Notes: generated by a model from the sequence alone, not told the origin. 64,000 nt of DNA from Candidatus Methylomirabilota bacterium (GCA_035762565.1 DASTOJ010000015.1:11028-75027); one strand, 5' to 3'. Positions 10,100 through 20,073 are shown, counted from the first letter of the stretch. Made by a program: numbers and translations.

Positions 10100-10843
10100 A
10101 TGAAGCTCAACGGTCGCACCGCGCTCGTCACGGGCGGTTCGCGCGGAATCGGTCGGGCCGTCGCGCTCGCCCTGGCCGAGGAAGGCGCCGACGTCGCGAT
10201 CAACTATGTCTCCAGCGAAGCGGCGGCGCGCGACGTCGCCGATCACGTCAGGAAGATGGGCCGCCGGGCCGTGCTGGCCCAGGCCGACGTCAGCGACTAT
10301 CCGGACACCTTCCGGATGGCGCAGGACGTCCTCCGCGACTTCGGCCACCTCGACATCCTCGTCAACAACGCCGGCATCAACTCCGACAAGACCTTCACCA
10401 AGATGGACCACGCCTCCTGGCGCAAGGTGCTCGGCACCAACCTCGACGGCGTCTTCAACTGCACGAAGGTCTTCGTCGATCAGATGCTCGCGCAGGGATA
10501 CGGCCGCGTGGTCAACATGACGTCCGTCATCGGTCAGATCGGCAACTTCGGGCAGGCCAACTACGCCGCCTCCAAGGCCGGCGTGGCGGCGTTCACCAAG
10601 TCCCTGGCCAAGGAGCTGGCCGGCAAGGGCGTGACGGTCAACGCCGTCGCGCCCGGCTTCATCGAGACCGAGATGGTGGCGGGCATACCCGACAAGGTGA
10701 AGGAACGGTTGCTGGCGCAGATCCCGCTCCGGCGCTTCGGCACCGCCGAAGAGGTGGCGCGGGCCGTCGTGTACATCGTCTCCTCCGACGGCGACTACAT
10801 CACCGGCGCCGAGCTCTCCATCAACGGCGGCCTCCTGATGTAG
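10100..10843 (+). CDS. 3-oxoacyl-(ACP/CoA) reductase, FabG/PhaB-like SDR
   Basis: [23 protein letters not shown], 247 aa, SD AGGAGG upstream. The PHA context suggests acetoacetyl-CoA reductase. Confidence 0.85.
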   Translation: MKLNGRTALVTGGSRGIGRAVALALAEEGADVAINYVSSEAAARDVADHVRKMGRRAVLAQADVSDYPDTFRMAQDVLRDFGHLDILVNNAGINSDKTFTKMDHASWRKVLGTNLDGVFNCTKVFVDQMLAQGYGRVVNMTSVIGQIGNFGQANYAASKAGVAAFTKSLAKELAGKGVTVNAVAPGFIETEMVAGIPDKVKERLLAQIPLRRFGTAEEVARAVVYIVSSDGDYITGAELSINGGLLM

Positions 10844-10861
10844 CGTCGGGGGTCGACGGGG

Positions 10862-11446
10862 CTACGGCGTGCGGCTGGGTGGGGTCTCCGTCGGTCGCTG
10901 AGCGCCCGACAGCATCGACAGCGACAGCGCGCTCCAGAGCGTCATGGCCTGGGCGGCGAGGCTCCACGGCGTCCACGCCAGCGCTGCCAGGCTCGCCGCT
11001 GTCGCAGGCCGGCCCTCGTAGACCACGGAGGTCCGCGACGGCATGACCCACGCCTCCCCCGAGAGCACTTCGTCGCCGTGCTGGTTCACGCACACGGTCT
11101 GCAGCCGGATGCGGTTGCGCTCGCCGATGACCTCGATGATCTCGACCCGGGCGGTGATGGTGTCGCCGGCCTTGACCGGCCTGACGAACTTGAGCGACTG
11201 CGAGAGGTAGATGGCGCCGGGCCCGGGCAGCCGGGTGCCGATGACCGCCGAGATGAGCCCGGCCGTGTAGATGCCGGGCGCGATCGGCGCCTTGAACGGC
11301 GTGCCGGCGGCGTAGGCGGGATCGCTGTGGACGGGGTTGTAGTCTCCGACGGCTTCGACGAACGAGCCGATGTCGGCCTGCTCGACGACGCGGGTGATCT
11401 CCGCGCGGTCGCCCGGGGCCAGCTCCGCGATCGTCCTGCCGATCAT
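10862..11446 (-). CDS. MaoC-like (R)-specific enoyl-CoA hydratase (PhaJ-like) with ~55-aa hydrophobic C-terminal tail
   Basis: Start at MIGRTIAEL (ATG 11446), which overlaps the phaE stop as ATGA. Hot-dog motif FVEAVGDYNPVHSDPAYA. The upstream part of track ORF 10862..11917 is a GC artefact. Confidence 0.8.
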   Translation of the reverse strand: MIGRTIAELAPGDRAEITRVVEQADIGSFVEAVGDYNPVHSDPAYAAGTPFKAPIAPGIYTAGLISAVIGTRLPGPGAIYLSQSLKFVRPVKAGDTITARVEIIEVIGERNRIRLQTVCVNQHGDEVLSGEAWVMPSRTSVVYEGRPATAASLAALAWTPWSLAAQAMTLWSALSLSMLSGAQRPTETPPSRTP

Positions 11447-11952
11447 CCGCGCTCCTTGTCCTCGAGGCGCCTGAGCACGGCCGCCAGGCCGTCCTCGATG
11501 CGCTCCAGCCGCTCCTCCAGCTCGACGATCTGCTTGGCAACCGCGGTGAGCTGGCTCCGCGAGGCCACGTTGAGGTGGGCGAGCGACTGCTCCAGCGCTT
11601 GCTCGCCGGCCTTCTTCACCGGCGCCTGCGCGGCCAGCCACCCCTCGAGCGACCGGCCCATGAGCAGTGCGAAGCTCTCGGTGCTCATCGCCTGCCCCAG
11701 CACGCGCGACCAGGCCTCGATCCATTGATCGAGGAACTGCTTCCACTGGGCCATCAGATCGGGCGTGGCCGGCGTCTGGGCGAACATGCGGGCCCACTGC
11801 TCCAGGCCCTGGTTGAGCACCGGCCGCCAGAACGCCACCGGATCGGGCGCGGGGGCCGGAGCCTGGCTGACCATGCGCGTCCACGCTTGCGTGGACTCCT
11901 CGAGCTGACGCCGCCACATGTCGAACAGCTGCGCTGTCGGTTCCGTCATCAC
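11443..11952 (-). CDS. phaE: Short PhaE/PhaR-type PHA synthase second subunit
   Basis: 169 aa, Trp/Gln-rich (WRRQLEESTQAW, QWKQFLDQWIEAW) with a C-terminal coiled coil. It lies 10 nt downstream of phaC, the position typical of the class III/IV synthase partner. Confidence 0.6.
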   Translation of the reverse strand: MMTEPTAQLFDMWRRQLEESTQAWTRMVSQAPAPAPDPVAFWRPVLNQGLEQWARMFAQTPATPDLMAQWKQFLDQWIEAWSRVLGQAMSTESFALLMGRSLEGWLAAQAPVKKAGEQALEQSLAHLNVASRSQLTAVAKQIVELEERLERIEDGLAAVLRRLEDKERG

Positions 11953-11962
11953 GAGTCTCCCG

Positions 11963-13087
11963 TCATGAGCGCGGTCCCAGCCAGCTCGACACTTTCGGCC
12001 AGCAGTGCACGGCCGCTCCCCGTCCCGCGATCAGGGAGATGTGGCCGCCCGGCAGCTCGGTGTAGTCCTTTTCCCGGCTGCCGACCGCATCGATGAGCGC
12101 CCGGACGCAGGCCGGCGGAGCGATGTAGTCCTCCTTGGCGCCGACCACGAACACCGGGCACCGGATGTCACCGAGACGCACCGGCCGGCCGCCGAAGACC
12201 AGCTCGCCCCGCACAAGCTTGTTGCCCTGGTAGAAGTCGCGCACCCACTGGCGGAAGAACTCCCCTGGGAAGGCCACGTACTCGTTCGCCCACTTGTTGA
12301 GCGCCGTGAACCCCTCCACGTACTTGTCGTTCCACAGGTTCCACCAGAGGTTCAGGTTGGTGGAGATATCCATGGTCGGCTTGAGCAGCTTGAAACCGGC
12401 CTTGACGAGGTCGGCCGGCACCGTCCCCAGCGTATCGACGAAGCGGTCGACGTCGAAGTACTTGCGGTCCAGCCACAGCCCGAACATCCCGATCCTCGAG
12501 AAGTCGATGGGCCCGGCCATGTTGACGAAGTTCTTCACGGGGATCTCGGGATGCGTGGCCACGAACGAGGCCGACAGGGGGGCGCCCATGCAGTAGCCGA
12601 GCACGGACAGCTCGCGGGCGCCCGAGGTCTCGAGCACCTTGCGGGCCATGCGGGGCAGGATCTTCACCACGCAGTCCTCGAACGTGAGGTCGTTGTCCTC
12701 CGGGCCGAAGACCCCCCAGTCGAGCAGGTAGAAGTCGAACCCCTCGCGGGTCATGTGCTCCACGAACGAGCCGCCCGGCAGCAGATCGAAGATGTAGGGA
12801 CGGCTGATACCGAGATTGGGGACGAACAGCAGCGGGGTCCGGTGCCGCCGGCTGGACTCGTAGCGGTACAGGCGCGACTTGTTGCGCTTGTAGACCTCCT
12901 GGCGCGGCGTCTGGCCCGTGCGTGGCTCCGCGGCGGTGGCCAGCCGCCCCAGGTTGGCCAGCCGGCGGACGTTTCGGTCCAGCTCCTCCTGCCACTGTCT
13001 GATCACTTCCGGTGACGCCGTCGCTCCGGCGCCGCCGAACCCGTTGGTGAACCGCTCGACCACGTCCGCGAAGCGCTCCTGGCCCAT
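11963..13087 (-). CDS. phaC: Class III-type poly(R)-hydroxyalkanoate synthase catalytic subunit PhaC
   Basis: 374 aa (class III/IV size), lipase-box variant GYCMGA with catalytic Cys, YLLDWG. Confidence 0.85.
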   Translation of the reverse strand: MGQERFADVVERFTNGFGGAGATASPEVIRQWQEELDRNVRRLANLGRLATAAEPRTGQTPRQEVYKRNKSRLYRYESSRRHRTPLLFVPNLGISRPYIFDLLPGGSFVEHMTREGFDFYLLDWGVFGPEDNDLTFEDCVVKILPRMARKVLETSGARELSVLGYCMGAPLSASFVATHPEIPVKNFVNMAGPIDFSRIGMFGLWLDRKYFDVDRFVDTLGTVPADLVKAGFKLLKPTMDISTNLNLWWNLWNDKYVEGFTALNKWANEYVAFPGEFFRQWVRDFYQGNKLVRGELVFGGRPVRLGDIRCPVFVVGAKEDYIAPPACVRALIDAVGSREKDYTELPGGHISLIAGRGAAVHCWPKVSSWLGPRS

Positions 13088-13318
13088 CGAGGGCTCCCCC
13101 GATCCGCCGGACCGGCCGGTTCCGGCGCTGTCTACGCTAGTATCGCACGTGGGCGCCGCGGCGCGTCAACAGGCATGTCGCGCCGCAGCAGACCAGGGCA
13201 CACGCAGGCGCCCACTGAGATCAACGCCGCGTGAGACGAGTCGCCGGTGATCGAGGAGCGCATCCGCCGGGGCGCGACGAGCGATCGGGGGCGTGGGAGG
13301 CCAGGTCGGGGCCCCTAC

Positions 13319-13639
13319 TCAGGTGGCAAACATCGAGCCCAGCTTCATCGCCAGGCCCATGTCGCCCTTGATCTTCAGCTTGCCGGACATGAACAACATC
13401 TGTCCCGACTGCTTGCCGCTCAGCATGTCCAGCCAGTCCTGCGCGGCGATCGACAGCGTGAGGTTGGGATTCTGGGCGGCCCCCTGGCTCACCGTGCAGG
13501 CCCCGTCCTTGATGACGGCGTGCCAGGTGCCCCCGCCGTCTCCGCTGATGTCGTACTGGATCACCGCGCTGGTGCCGCTGGCCTTGTCGGGCCGGAAGCG
13601 GCCCGGCATCGCATCGAACGAATCCTTCACTGTCGCCAT
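13319..13639 (-). CDS. SCP2 sterol-carrier-like domain protein
   Basis: 106 aa ending ...FMSGKLKIKGDMGLAMKLGSMF, the SCP2 signature. Confidence 0.8.
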   Translation of the reverse strand: MATVKDSFDAMPGRFRPDKASGTSAVIQYDISGDGGGTWHAVIKDGACTVSQGAAQNPNLTLSIAAQDWLDMLSGKQSGQMLFMSGKLKIKGDMGLAMKLGSMFAT

Positions 13640-13737
13640 CGTGTCTTCTCCTTCCGCCGTCGGGCGGCTTCGCGGGCCCCGCCGCCGACGGCCGGCCGGC
13701 GGACCCGCTGCGTGGCCGAGAACGTGACCCGGTCAGA

Positions 13738-14487
13738 CTAGAACGTGAAGAGGTCCATGCCGCCGGTGACCGGCAGCACAGCGCCCGTGACGTAGCGGGC
13801 GCGCTCGGAGCACAGGAACGCGACCGCCCACGCCACGTCCTCCGGCTGGCCCTCCTGCTGCATCGCCACCCGCTTGACCATGCGTTCGTACAGCGGGCTG
13901 AGCCGCGCGTTCGGGGCGATGATGCCGGGGGCGACGGCGTTGCACGTCACGTTGTAGCGCGCGCCCTCGAGCGCCACCGACTTGGCGAAGCCGATCACCC
14001 CGATCTTGCTCGTCGAGTAGGCCGTCTGCCCGAAGCCGCCCATCAGCCCGGCGATCGACGCCATGCAGACGATGCGGCCCCAGCGGCGCTGCCGCATCCC
14101 GGGGAACACCGCCCGGGTGACCTTCATGGTACCGGTCAGGTTGACGGCCAGGTTGAGCTCCCAGTCCTCGTCGCGCATGTCCTTGAGCTGGCCGACGGTG
14201 TAGATCATCCCGGCGTTGTTCACGCAGACGTCGACCGGCCCCAGCTCGCGCTCGATGCGCGCGACCACCTCCTCCACGGGGGCCGTGTCGCGGATGTCGC
14301 ACGCGTAGCCGCGGGCCGTCCCGCCGCTGCCGGCGATCTCCGCGGCCGTCGCCTCGGCGCCCTCGGGGTCGAGGTCGAGGATCGCGACCCGGCAACCCTC
14401 GCTGGCCAGGACGAGCGCGTCCGCCTTGCCCAGGCTGCGGGCGCCGCCGGTGACGAGCGCGACCCTGCCGGCGATGCCGAGGTTCAT
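13738..14487 (-). CDS. SDR family oxidoreductase
   Basis: RVALVTGGARSLG, NNAG, YSTSKIG; 249 aa. Confidence 0.85.
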   Translation of the reverse strand: MNLGIAGRVALVTGGARSLGKADALVLASEGCRVAILDLDPEGAEATAAEIAGSGGTARGYACDIRDTAPVEEVVARIERELGPVDVCVNNAGMIYTVGQLKDMRDEDWELNLAVNLTGTMKVTRAVFPGMRQRRWGRIVCMASIAGLMGGFGQTAYSTSKIGVIGFAKSVALEGARYNVTCNAVAPGIIAPNARLSPLYERMVKRVAMQQEGQPEDVAWAVAFLCSERARYVTGAVLPVTGGMDLFTF

Positions 14488-14531
14488 TTACCGGCTCGCC
14501 TCCCCTGCGGCTGCGGCTCGCACGGCCATGC

Positions 14532-15294
<763 letters not shown>

Positions 15295-15305
<11 letters not shown>

Positions 15306-15882
15306 CGCGGGTCACTCCTTTGAGGAAGATCGTGGCCACGGCGTCGGCGGCGTCGACGAGACGGTAGCCGCGCTTCCCGAGCACCCAGGACGTGGCCATC
15401 TGGTCCATCGCACCGAAGAGCACTTTCGTCGCGACCTTCACGGGCAGGTCGGCCCGGAAGCGGCCGGCCGCCACGCCCTCGTCCAGGACGGAGCCGATCA
15501 GCTCGAAGTAGGCCGTGACCTCGTGGGCCGAGGCGCCGCGGAAGAACTTGTGCCCCTGTCTCAGCTCCACCTGCACGACCTCCGCCAGCGCGGGATTCTG
15601 CTCGAGCACGGAGAAGTGCAGCCGCACCAGCCGGCGGATCCGGGCGACTGGATCGGACTCGCCGGCGATCTCCCGCCGGAGGTAGGCGACGAACTCGGCC
15701 ATCTTCTCACGGAAGAGCGTGACGAGGATCTCCTCCTTCGTCCTGAAGTAGAGATAGATGGTCCCGCTGGCGATGCCCGCCTCCCGCGCGATATCCGAGA
15801 CGCGGGAGTTGTAGTAGCCGCTGCGCGCGAACACGCGGATGGCGGCGTCGACGATCTGCTGCGGCTTGTCGGGGTCTTTCAT
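15295..15882 (-). CDS. TetR/AcrR family regulator (FadR-like, heads a beta-oxidation-type operon)
   Basis: N-terminal HTH IVDAAIRVFARSGYYNSRVSDIAREAGIASGTIYLYF; 195 aa. It overlaps the crotonase gene by 11 nt. Confidence 0.85.
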
Positions 15883-15905
15883 CGGCCTCGGTCTCGCACC
15901 TGCAC

Positions 15906-15947
15906 TGAACCGCGGTTCATTTTACGGGGACGCGCCGGCACCGTCAA
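15906..15947 (-). promoter_or_regulatory. Promoter TTGACG-N17-TAAAAT with perfect 14-bp palindromic operator TGAACCGCGGTTCA
   Basis: On the minus strand: TTGACG (15947-15942), 17-nt spacer, TAAAAT (15924-19). The palindrome at 15919-15906 sits over the predicted TSS, 23 nt upstream of the TetR ATG. Confidence 0.6.
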
Positions 15948-16009
15948 TCACGCGGCGCCCGCCGTCCGAACGGGTGGACCGCCGCGCCGTGGACGGGTAC
16001 CATGGGCGG

Positions 16010-16315
16010 GTGCCACACCTTCGCTTCACACTGATCCTCGCGCTCGCGGCCGTGATGCACCTTGGCGGCGTCACCCTGCCCGAGGGAACGGAAGCGTTCG
16101 AGGAGATCGAGGAGGCCGCGCACGGACGCCGCCGCCTCGCCCGGCTGGCCCGACAGGCGGACCCACCGTCGGCCACCGCCGGGCCCGCGACGACGGCCGC
16201 AATGCGGCCGCGTCCCGCGTACCACCCGGCGCGGGCCCGGGCAGCGGTGACCACGCCCGCCCGGAAAGCTCCCACGCCGCCGCCCGACCCCGCGTCCGCG
16301 ACCGACGACCACTAG
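16010..16315 (+). CDS. Possible small hypothetical protein (hydrophobic N-terminus, Pro/Ala-rich tail)
   Basis: GTG-initiated frame inside track ORF 15839..16315 (VPHLRFTLILALAAVMHLGGVTLPEG...). Third-codon-position G+C is very high, consistent with coding, but I recognise no motif. Confidence 0.3.
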   Translation: MPHLRFTLILALAAVMHLGGVTLPEGTEAFEEIEEAAHGRRRLARLARQADPPSATAGPATTAAMRPRPAYHPARARAAVTTPARKAPTPPPDPASATDDH

Positions 16316-16380
16316 TCCGCTCCTCCCGCGCCCGCTCGCTCATCGCACCACGCCACCACCTTGTGCGCGGAGGGAGAACC

Positions 16381-16950
16381 ATGACCGTCACATCCGAAGA
16401 TCGTCTCCGGACCGGAGAGGCCACGCGCGTTCTGCTGGGCGTCCACGGCGGCGAGCCGGCCGGCTGGGAACTCGAGGCCCGCCGGGCGATCGCCATGTGG
16501 GGCGCGCCGTGCGTCCGCATCCTGGCCGTCGTCGACGTCCCGCGGCCGCCGTTCGCCTCGCTCCTGCCGGCGGCGGCCCGCCGGTACCACGCGGCTCGCG
16601 AGGCCTGGCACCGTGCCGAGCAGAGGCGCCTGCAGGGCCTGATCGACGACCTCGCCCCGCTCCTGCCCGGGGGCTGCGACCTCGCGTGGACCACCGCGAC
16701 GCGCAGCGACCCTGGACGGGCGATCGCCGAGTACGCGGCCGCGTGGGGCGCCGACGTCGTGCTGGTCGGGGCGGCGCCCGCGCCCGGCCCCTGGCTCGGC
16801 GCCGTGCACGAGCGTGTCATCCGGCATGCGCGCTGCGCCGTGCTCGTGACCCCGGTGTCGCTCGCCCCGCGGCGGCGCGCCCGCGTTCCCGCGCCGGCGC
16901 GCGTGCTGGGCCGTGCGCGGCGTGCCGTGGTCGCCGGCCAGGGAGTCTGA
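16381..16950 (+). CDS. Universal stress protein (UspA) family
   Basis: ATG 16381 within track ORF 15523..16950. RVLLGVHGG...AIAEYAAAWGADVVLVGA...GAVHERVIRHARCAVLV matches USP architecture. Confidence 0.7.
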   Translation: MTVTSEDRLRTGEATRVLLGVHGGEPAGWELEARRAIAMWGAPCVRILAVVDVPRPPFASLLPAAARRYHAAREAWHRAEQRRLQGLIDDLAPLLPGGCDLAWTTATRSDPGRAIAEYAAAWGADVVLVGAAPAPGPWLGAVHERVIRHARCAVLVTPVSLAPRRRARVPAPARVLGRARRAVVAGQGV

Positions 16951-16954
16951 CGCC

Positions 16955-18022
16955 ATGGCCGTCCTGTTCCCGTTCGCCGAATCCTGGTGGCTCTATGCCC
17001 TCTTCGTCGCCGGCGTGCTGCTGCTGTTGACGCTGGACCTCGGGGTCTTTCGACGGGAGGCGCGGGAGATGACCTTTCGCGAGGCGCTCGCCTGGTGCAC
17101 GGTGTGGGTCGCGCTCGCCCTGAGCTTCTGCGTCGCCCTGTACGGCTACGCGCGGTGGCAGTTGCCCCGGGACCCGCGGATCGCCGCCCTTCCCGGCTTC
17201 GACGCGGCGGACGCCGCCTGGCAGCTGGCGCTGGAATTCCTCACCGGTTACGTCGTCGAGTACTCGCTCTCGGTCGACAACATCTTCGTCTTCGTGCTGG
17301 TGCTCCGCTACTTCGCGGTGCCGGCCCGCTACCAGTACCGGGTGCTGTTCTATGGGATCCTGGGGGCGCTGATGTTCCGCGCCGTCTTCATCGCGCTCGG
17401 GGCCGTCCTGCTGCAGGTCCACTGGGTCGTATGGCTCTTCGGCGCGTTCCTGGTCGTGACCGGCGTCCGCATGGCGCTCGGCTCCCAGGACGCCGTCGAG
17501 CCCGACCGCAACGTCATCATCCGCCTGGTCCGGCGCTGGCTGCCGGTGACCCCGGACTTCCGCGGCCAGCGGTTCTTCGTGCGGGAGAGTGGGCGCCTGT
17601 GGGCGACCCCGCTGCTGGTGGCCCTGCTCTGCCTGGAGGCGACCGACGTCGTCTTCGCCATCGACTCGGTACCGGCGATCTTCGCGCTCACGCGGGAGCC
17701 GTTCGTCGTCTTCACCTCGAACATCTTCGCGATCCTCGGCCTGCGCTCGATGTACTTCATGCTGGGCGGCGCGGTCGACCGGTTCCACCTCCTGCGCTAC
17801 GGGCTGGCGGTCGTGCTGGTGTTCGTCGGCTTCAAGATGACCTGGCTCGACTGGGCGTACGGCGGGAAGTTCCCGATCGTCTGGTCGCTGGCCATCATCG
17901 CCGTCGCCCTGGCGGCGTCGGTGCTCGGCTCGCTCCTGCATCGCCCGCGGTCAGCGGCGTGGAGGAGGGGCCGCGCGGCCAAGCGCCGCGGCCGCGCGTC
18001 CAAGGAGCCCGTGGCGTGGTAG
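16955..18022 (+). CDS. TerC/Alx family integral membrane protein
   Basis: Start MAVLFPF (ATG 16955), 4 nt after the USP stop. EFLTGYVVEYSLSVDNIFVFVLV and AIDSVPAIFALT are the duplicated TerC motifs. Confidence 0.85.
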   Translation: MAVLFPFAESWWLYALFVAGVLLLLTLDLGVFRREAREMTFREALAWCTVWVALALSFCVALYGYARWQLPRDPRIAALPGFDAADAAWQLALEFLTGYVVEYSLSVDNIFVFVLVLRYFAVPARYQYRVLFYGILGALMFRAVFIALGAVLLQVHWVVWLFGAFLVVTGVRMALGSQDAVEPDRNVIIRLVRRWLPVTPDFRGQRFFVRESGRLWATPLLVALLCLEATDVVFAIDSVPAIFALTREPFVVFTSNIFAILGLRSMYFMLGGAVDRFHLLRYGLAVVLVFVGFKMTWLDWAYGGKFPIVWSLAIIAVALAASVLGSLLHRPRSAAWRRGRAAKRRGRASKEPVAW

Positions 18023-18032
18023 AGTCGCCGCC

Positions 18033-19028
18033 ATGCGCATCAAGTACCGCGTGGGGGTCATGCCGGGCCCGTGGCCCACCGGTCCGGCCGGCCGCGAGTT
18101 CTTCTGGCGGTTCGTCGAGCTGTGCGAGAAGAGCGAGATCGACTCGCTGTGGTTCTCCGAGCGGCTGTCGTCCCCGCTGCCGGTGCCCGAACCGATGACT
18201 GCCATGGCGGCGGTGGCCGCCCGCACCACCCGGCTCAAGTTCGGGCCGAGCGTGTTCATCACGCCGTTCCGGAACCCGGTCCTCATGGCGCGCGAGATCG
18301 CCATGGTGGACTATCTCTCGAACGGCCGCATGCTGCCGGCCTTCGGCATCGGCGTCGAGCAGGAGCGGGAGTTCCACGCGGCCGGCGTCCCCTTCCGTGA
18401 GCGCGGCCGGCGCACCGACGAGGCCATCGCGATCATGCGCCGGTGCTGGAGCGACGACGAGGTGACGTTCGCCGGGGAGTTCTGGCGGCTGGACCGCATC
18501 GCGGTGTCGCCGAAGCCGGTTCAGCAGCCGATGCCGCTGTGGATCGGCGGCAACAGCGAGGCGGCCATGCGGCGGGCGGGCAGGCTCGGGGACGGCTGGA
18601 TCCCCTCGTTCATCACGCCCGATCAGTTCCGCGCCGGGGTGGCGAAGACCCAGGCGTTCGCGGCCGAGGCCGGCCGTGAGGTGCCGGCCGACCACTTCGG
18701 CGTCCTGTTCTACTGCTGCCTCGACACCGATCCCGCCGCCGCCCGGGCGACCGCGATGCCGTTCGTCCCCCGCGGGCGCATCGACGACGCGGCGCTCGAG
18801 CGTTGCACAGCGTTCGGCCCCTCCGCTCTCGTGCGCGAGCGGCTCGAGGAGTACGTGGCCGGCGGCGGCTCCAAGTTCATCGTGCGGCCGATGTGCCCAC
18901 CGGACCGGATGCTCGATCAGCTGGCCCAGCTCGCCACCGACGTCATCCCGGACTTTCATCGCCGTGGGGGTCCCCACCTGGTCCCTGCATCCCCCGACGC
19001 CATCGCCGGAGGTCCCCTGCGGTCCTGA
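18033..19028 (+). CDS. Luciferase-like (LLM class) flavin/F420-dependent oxidoreductase
   Basis: DSLWFSERL...TTRLKFGPSV...NGRMLPAFGIG...WIGGNSEAAMRRAGRLGDGW; 331 aa. Confidence 0.8.
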   Translation: MRIKYRVGVMPGPWPTGPAGREFFWRFVELCEKSEIDSLWFSERLSSPLPVPEPMTAMAAVAARTTRLKFGPSVFITPFRNPVLMAREIAMVDYLSNGRMLPAFGIGVEQEREFHAAGVPFRERGRRTDEAIAIMRRCWSDDEVTFAGEFWRLDRIAVSPKPVQQPMPLWIGGNSEAAMRRAGRLGDGWIPSFITPDQFRAGVAKTQAFAAEAGREVPADHFGVLFYCCLDTDPAAARATAMPFVPRGRIDDAALERCTAFGPSALVRERLEEYVAGGGSKFIVRPMCPPDRMLDQLAQLATDVIPDFHRRGGPHLVPASPDAIAGGPLRS

Positions 19029-19038
19029 GGTCGCGTGG

Positions 19039-20016
19039 TCAGGGGCTCTGGAGGATCTGGATCAGCAGGTCGGGGTCGATGTTGCCCCCCGAGAGCACGA
19101 CGCCGACGCGGGAGCCCCGGGGCAGCGGCAGGCGGCCGGCCAGCACCGCGGCCGCCGGGACGGCGCCCGTCGGTTCCACGACCACGCGCGCCCGGAGCGC
19201 CAGGAACCGAACGGCCGCGCGCACCTCGGCGTCGCTGACGAGCAGGACGTCGGTCAGATTCGCCTTCAAGATGGGAAACGTCAGCGCCCCCGGCGTGGTG
19301 AGCCGGATGCCGTCGGCGATCGTGGGCGGCGGCGGGATCGTCACCCGCTCGCCCTTGCGCAGGGAAAGGTACGTGTCGTTGGCGCTGTCCGTCTCGACAC
19401 CGAAGAGCTTCAGGCCGGGGAACAGCGCGCGGGCCACCGTCGAGCACCCGGCCATGAGCCCGCCGCCCCCGACCGGCGCGAGCAGCGCGTCGAGCGACGG
19501 CACGTCCTCCAGCAGCTCGAGCGCCGCCGTCCCCTGTCCGGCCATGATGGCCGGGTCGTCGTACGGGGGTATCAGCACCCGACCGGTGCGCGCCATCACC
19601 TCGCGCGCCACCTGCTCGCGGTCCTCGGTCAGGCGGTCGTAGAACACGACCTCGGCCCCGTAGGTGCGCGTGGCCTCCAGCTTCAGGGCCGGCGCGTCCT
19701 TCGGCATGCAGATGATGGCCGTGGTGCCGACCATGCGCGCGGCCAACGCCACCCCCTGCGCGTGGTTGCCGGAGGAGAACGCCACCACCCCCCGCTCGCG
19801 CTCAGCCGGCGTCAAGCCCAGCAGCTTGTTGAGGGCGCCGCGGATCTTGAAGGCGCCGGCCCGCTGCAGGTTCTCGCACTTGAAGAACACGTGATGGCCG
19901 CTGGCGTCGTCGAACGACTGGCAGGCGATCACCGGCGTGCGGTTGATGCGGTTGCCCAGCCGGCGGGCGGCGGCGCGGACGTCCTCCAGGGTCAGCCCCA
20001 TGATGCTGGCGGCCAA
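19039..20016 (-). CDS. PLP-dependent threonine/serine dehydratase family enzyme
   Basis: FKCENLQRAGAFKIRGA (PLP lysine), SSGNHAQGVA, GGGGL; 325 aa. Confidence 0.85.
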   Translation of the reverse strand: MAASIMGLTLEDVRAAARRLGNRINRTPVIACQSFDDASGHHVFFKCENLQRAGAFKIRGALNKLLGLTPAERERGVVAFSSGNHAQGVALAARMVGTTAIICMPKDAPALKLEATRTYGAEVVFYDRLTEDREQVAREVMARTGRVLIPPYDDPAIMAGQGTAALELLEDVPSLDALLAPVGGGGLMAGCSTVARALFPGLKLFGVETDSANDTYLSLRKGERVTIPPPPTIADGIRLTTPGALTFPILKANLTDVLLVSDAEVRAAVRFLALRARVVVEPTGAVPAAAVLAGRLPLPRGSRVGVVLSGGNIDPDLLIQILQSP

Positions 20017-20057
20017 TTATGCCGGGCCGGGATGCCCGCCGCAAGGCGGGGCTTGGG

Positions 20058-20063
20058 TATACT
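20058..20063 (+). promoter_or_regulatory. Candidate -10 element TATACT, 10 nt upstream of the sppA ATG (short or no leader)
   Basis: TATACT at 20058-20063, ATG at 20074, no SD in between. The hairpin CCCGCC-GCAA-GGCGGG at 20035-20050 lies just upstream. Confidence 0.3.
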
Positions 20064-20073
20064 ACTGGGCGCC

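Noticed and set aside
13139-13169. Possible phaC promoter TTGACG ... GATACT.
   Set aside because: The spacer would be 19 nt, and the 17-18 nt alternatives give poor -10 hexamers. This is too weak to list as a feature.
16951-16954. Expected yybP-ykoY (Mn) riboswitch upstream of the TerC-family gene.
   Set aside because: TerC starts 4 nt after the USP stop, so there is no room for a leader RNA.
18676-20073. 5' two-thirds of the 786-aa ORF ending at 21036.
   Set aside because: Only the last 320 codons (from ATG 20074, with lipobox) are SppA. The upstream part overlaps the LLM oxidoreductase and is antisense to the dehydratase, and its sequence is junk-like.
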